This document shows, in pieces, positions 55,261 to 55,525 of a stretch of 55,525 nucleotides of DNA. The stretch lies in IMG/VR virus record IMGVR_UViG_3300000116_000024, positions 1-55,525 of that record; one strand, written 5' to 3'. Each line of letters starts with the position of its first letter. Position 1 is the stretch's first letter. The notes under the pieces are model-generated. The model saw nothing but the letters and a program-made list of their open reading frames with translations. It searched no databases and had not been told where the DNA came from. The translations under genes and the position numbers were made by a program. Source of the stretch: a virus. Lineage: Duplodnaviria > Caudoviricetes.

Positions 55261-55525
55261 TATATAGGGTGGGTCAGAGACTTTAGGGTGGGCCTTTAAA
55301 AAAACAATGTAATGTTGTCCTTTATATATATGTAAAACTTTTCCCTTATAGAGAAATAAAGTTTGTTTCTTGATATTCAGTGAGTTATATATACATTCTT
55401 TGTGTGTAAAGTGGTGTACGTCTTAGCACTAATAGGTTAAAGGTGTCATTTTCCTTGTTATGAAAATCATATTCAAGAAGATACATATAGCATTAACTCA
55501 AACATCTTTGCTCTATATGTATTAT

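Noticed and set aside
1-55525. Stop-codon reassignment, as known in some crAss-like phages
   Set aside because: Genes up to 14 kb are open in the standard code, and TAG and TGA serve as real stops at gene boundaries (e.g. 34389, 37833, 43951, 39729, 53289).

Overview
This window is the structural (late) module of a crAss-like podophage (Crassvirales-type). The probable host is a Bacteroidota/Flavobacteriia bacterium, inferred from TTTG-N19-21-TAnnTTTG promoters and AT-rich leaders without Shine-Dalgarno sequences. Almost all genes are on the minus strand and use the standard genetic code. Read from right to left they encode: an HTH protein, an HU/IHF-like protein, a Cys-rich protein, a probable small terminase, large terminase, portal, a scaffold-like protein, major capsid protein, conserved virion proteins, a cluster of Cys-rich/poly-Thr appendage genes, holin-like genes, a metallophosphoesterase, tail ring proteins, a second IHF-like protein, an apparently split muzzle/tail-stabilisation gene, three putative ejected cargo proteins, a 4664-aa virion RNA polymerase (DFDID motif), and the start of another giant cargo protein. 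At the right end the strand switches, in a G-tract/hairpin-rich region containing one plus-strand gene. The most striking unexplained structure is a repeated Gly-ending motif (GGWLDKY[E/Q]xGGxVxKAQxG, with short forms KAQxG and [F/Y/M]xxGG). It divides the 1776-aa and 1226-aa proteins into unrelated cassettes (SAA/DUF6973-like, lytic transglycosylase-like, TonB-box-like, glycine zipper, peptidoglycan-binding) and recurs at the RNAP N-terminus. This suggests a motif-tagged or proteolytically processed polyprotein system for injected effectors. All family assignments come from motif recognition and gene order, not from database searches.
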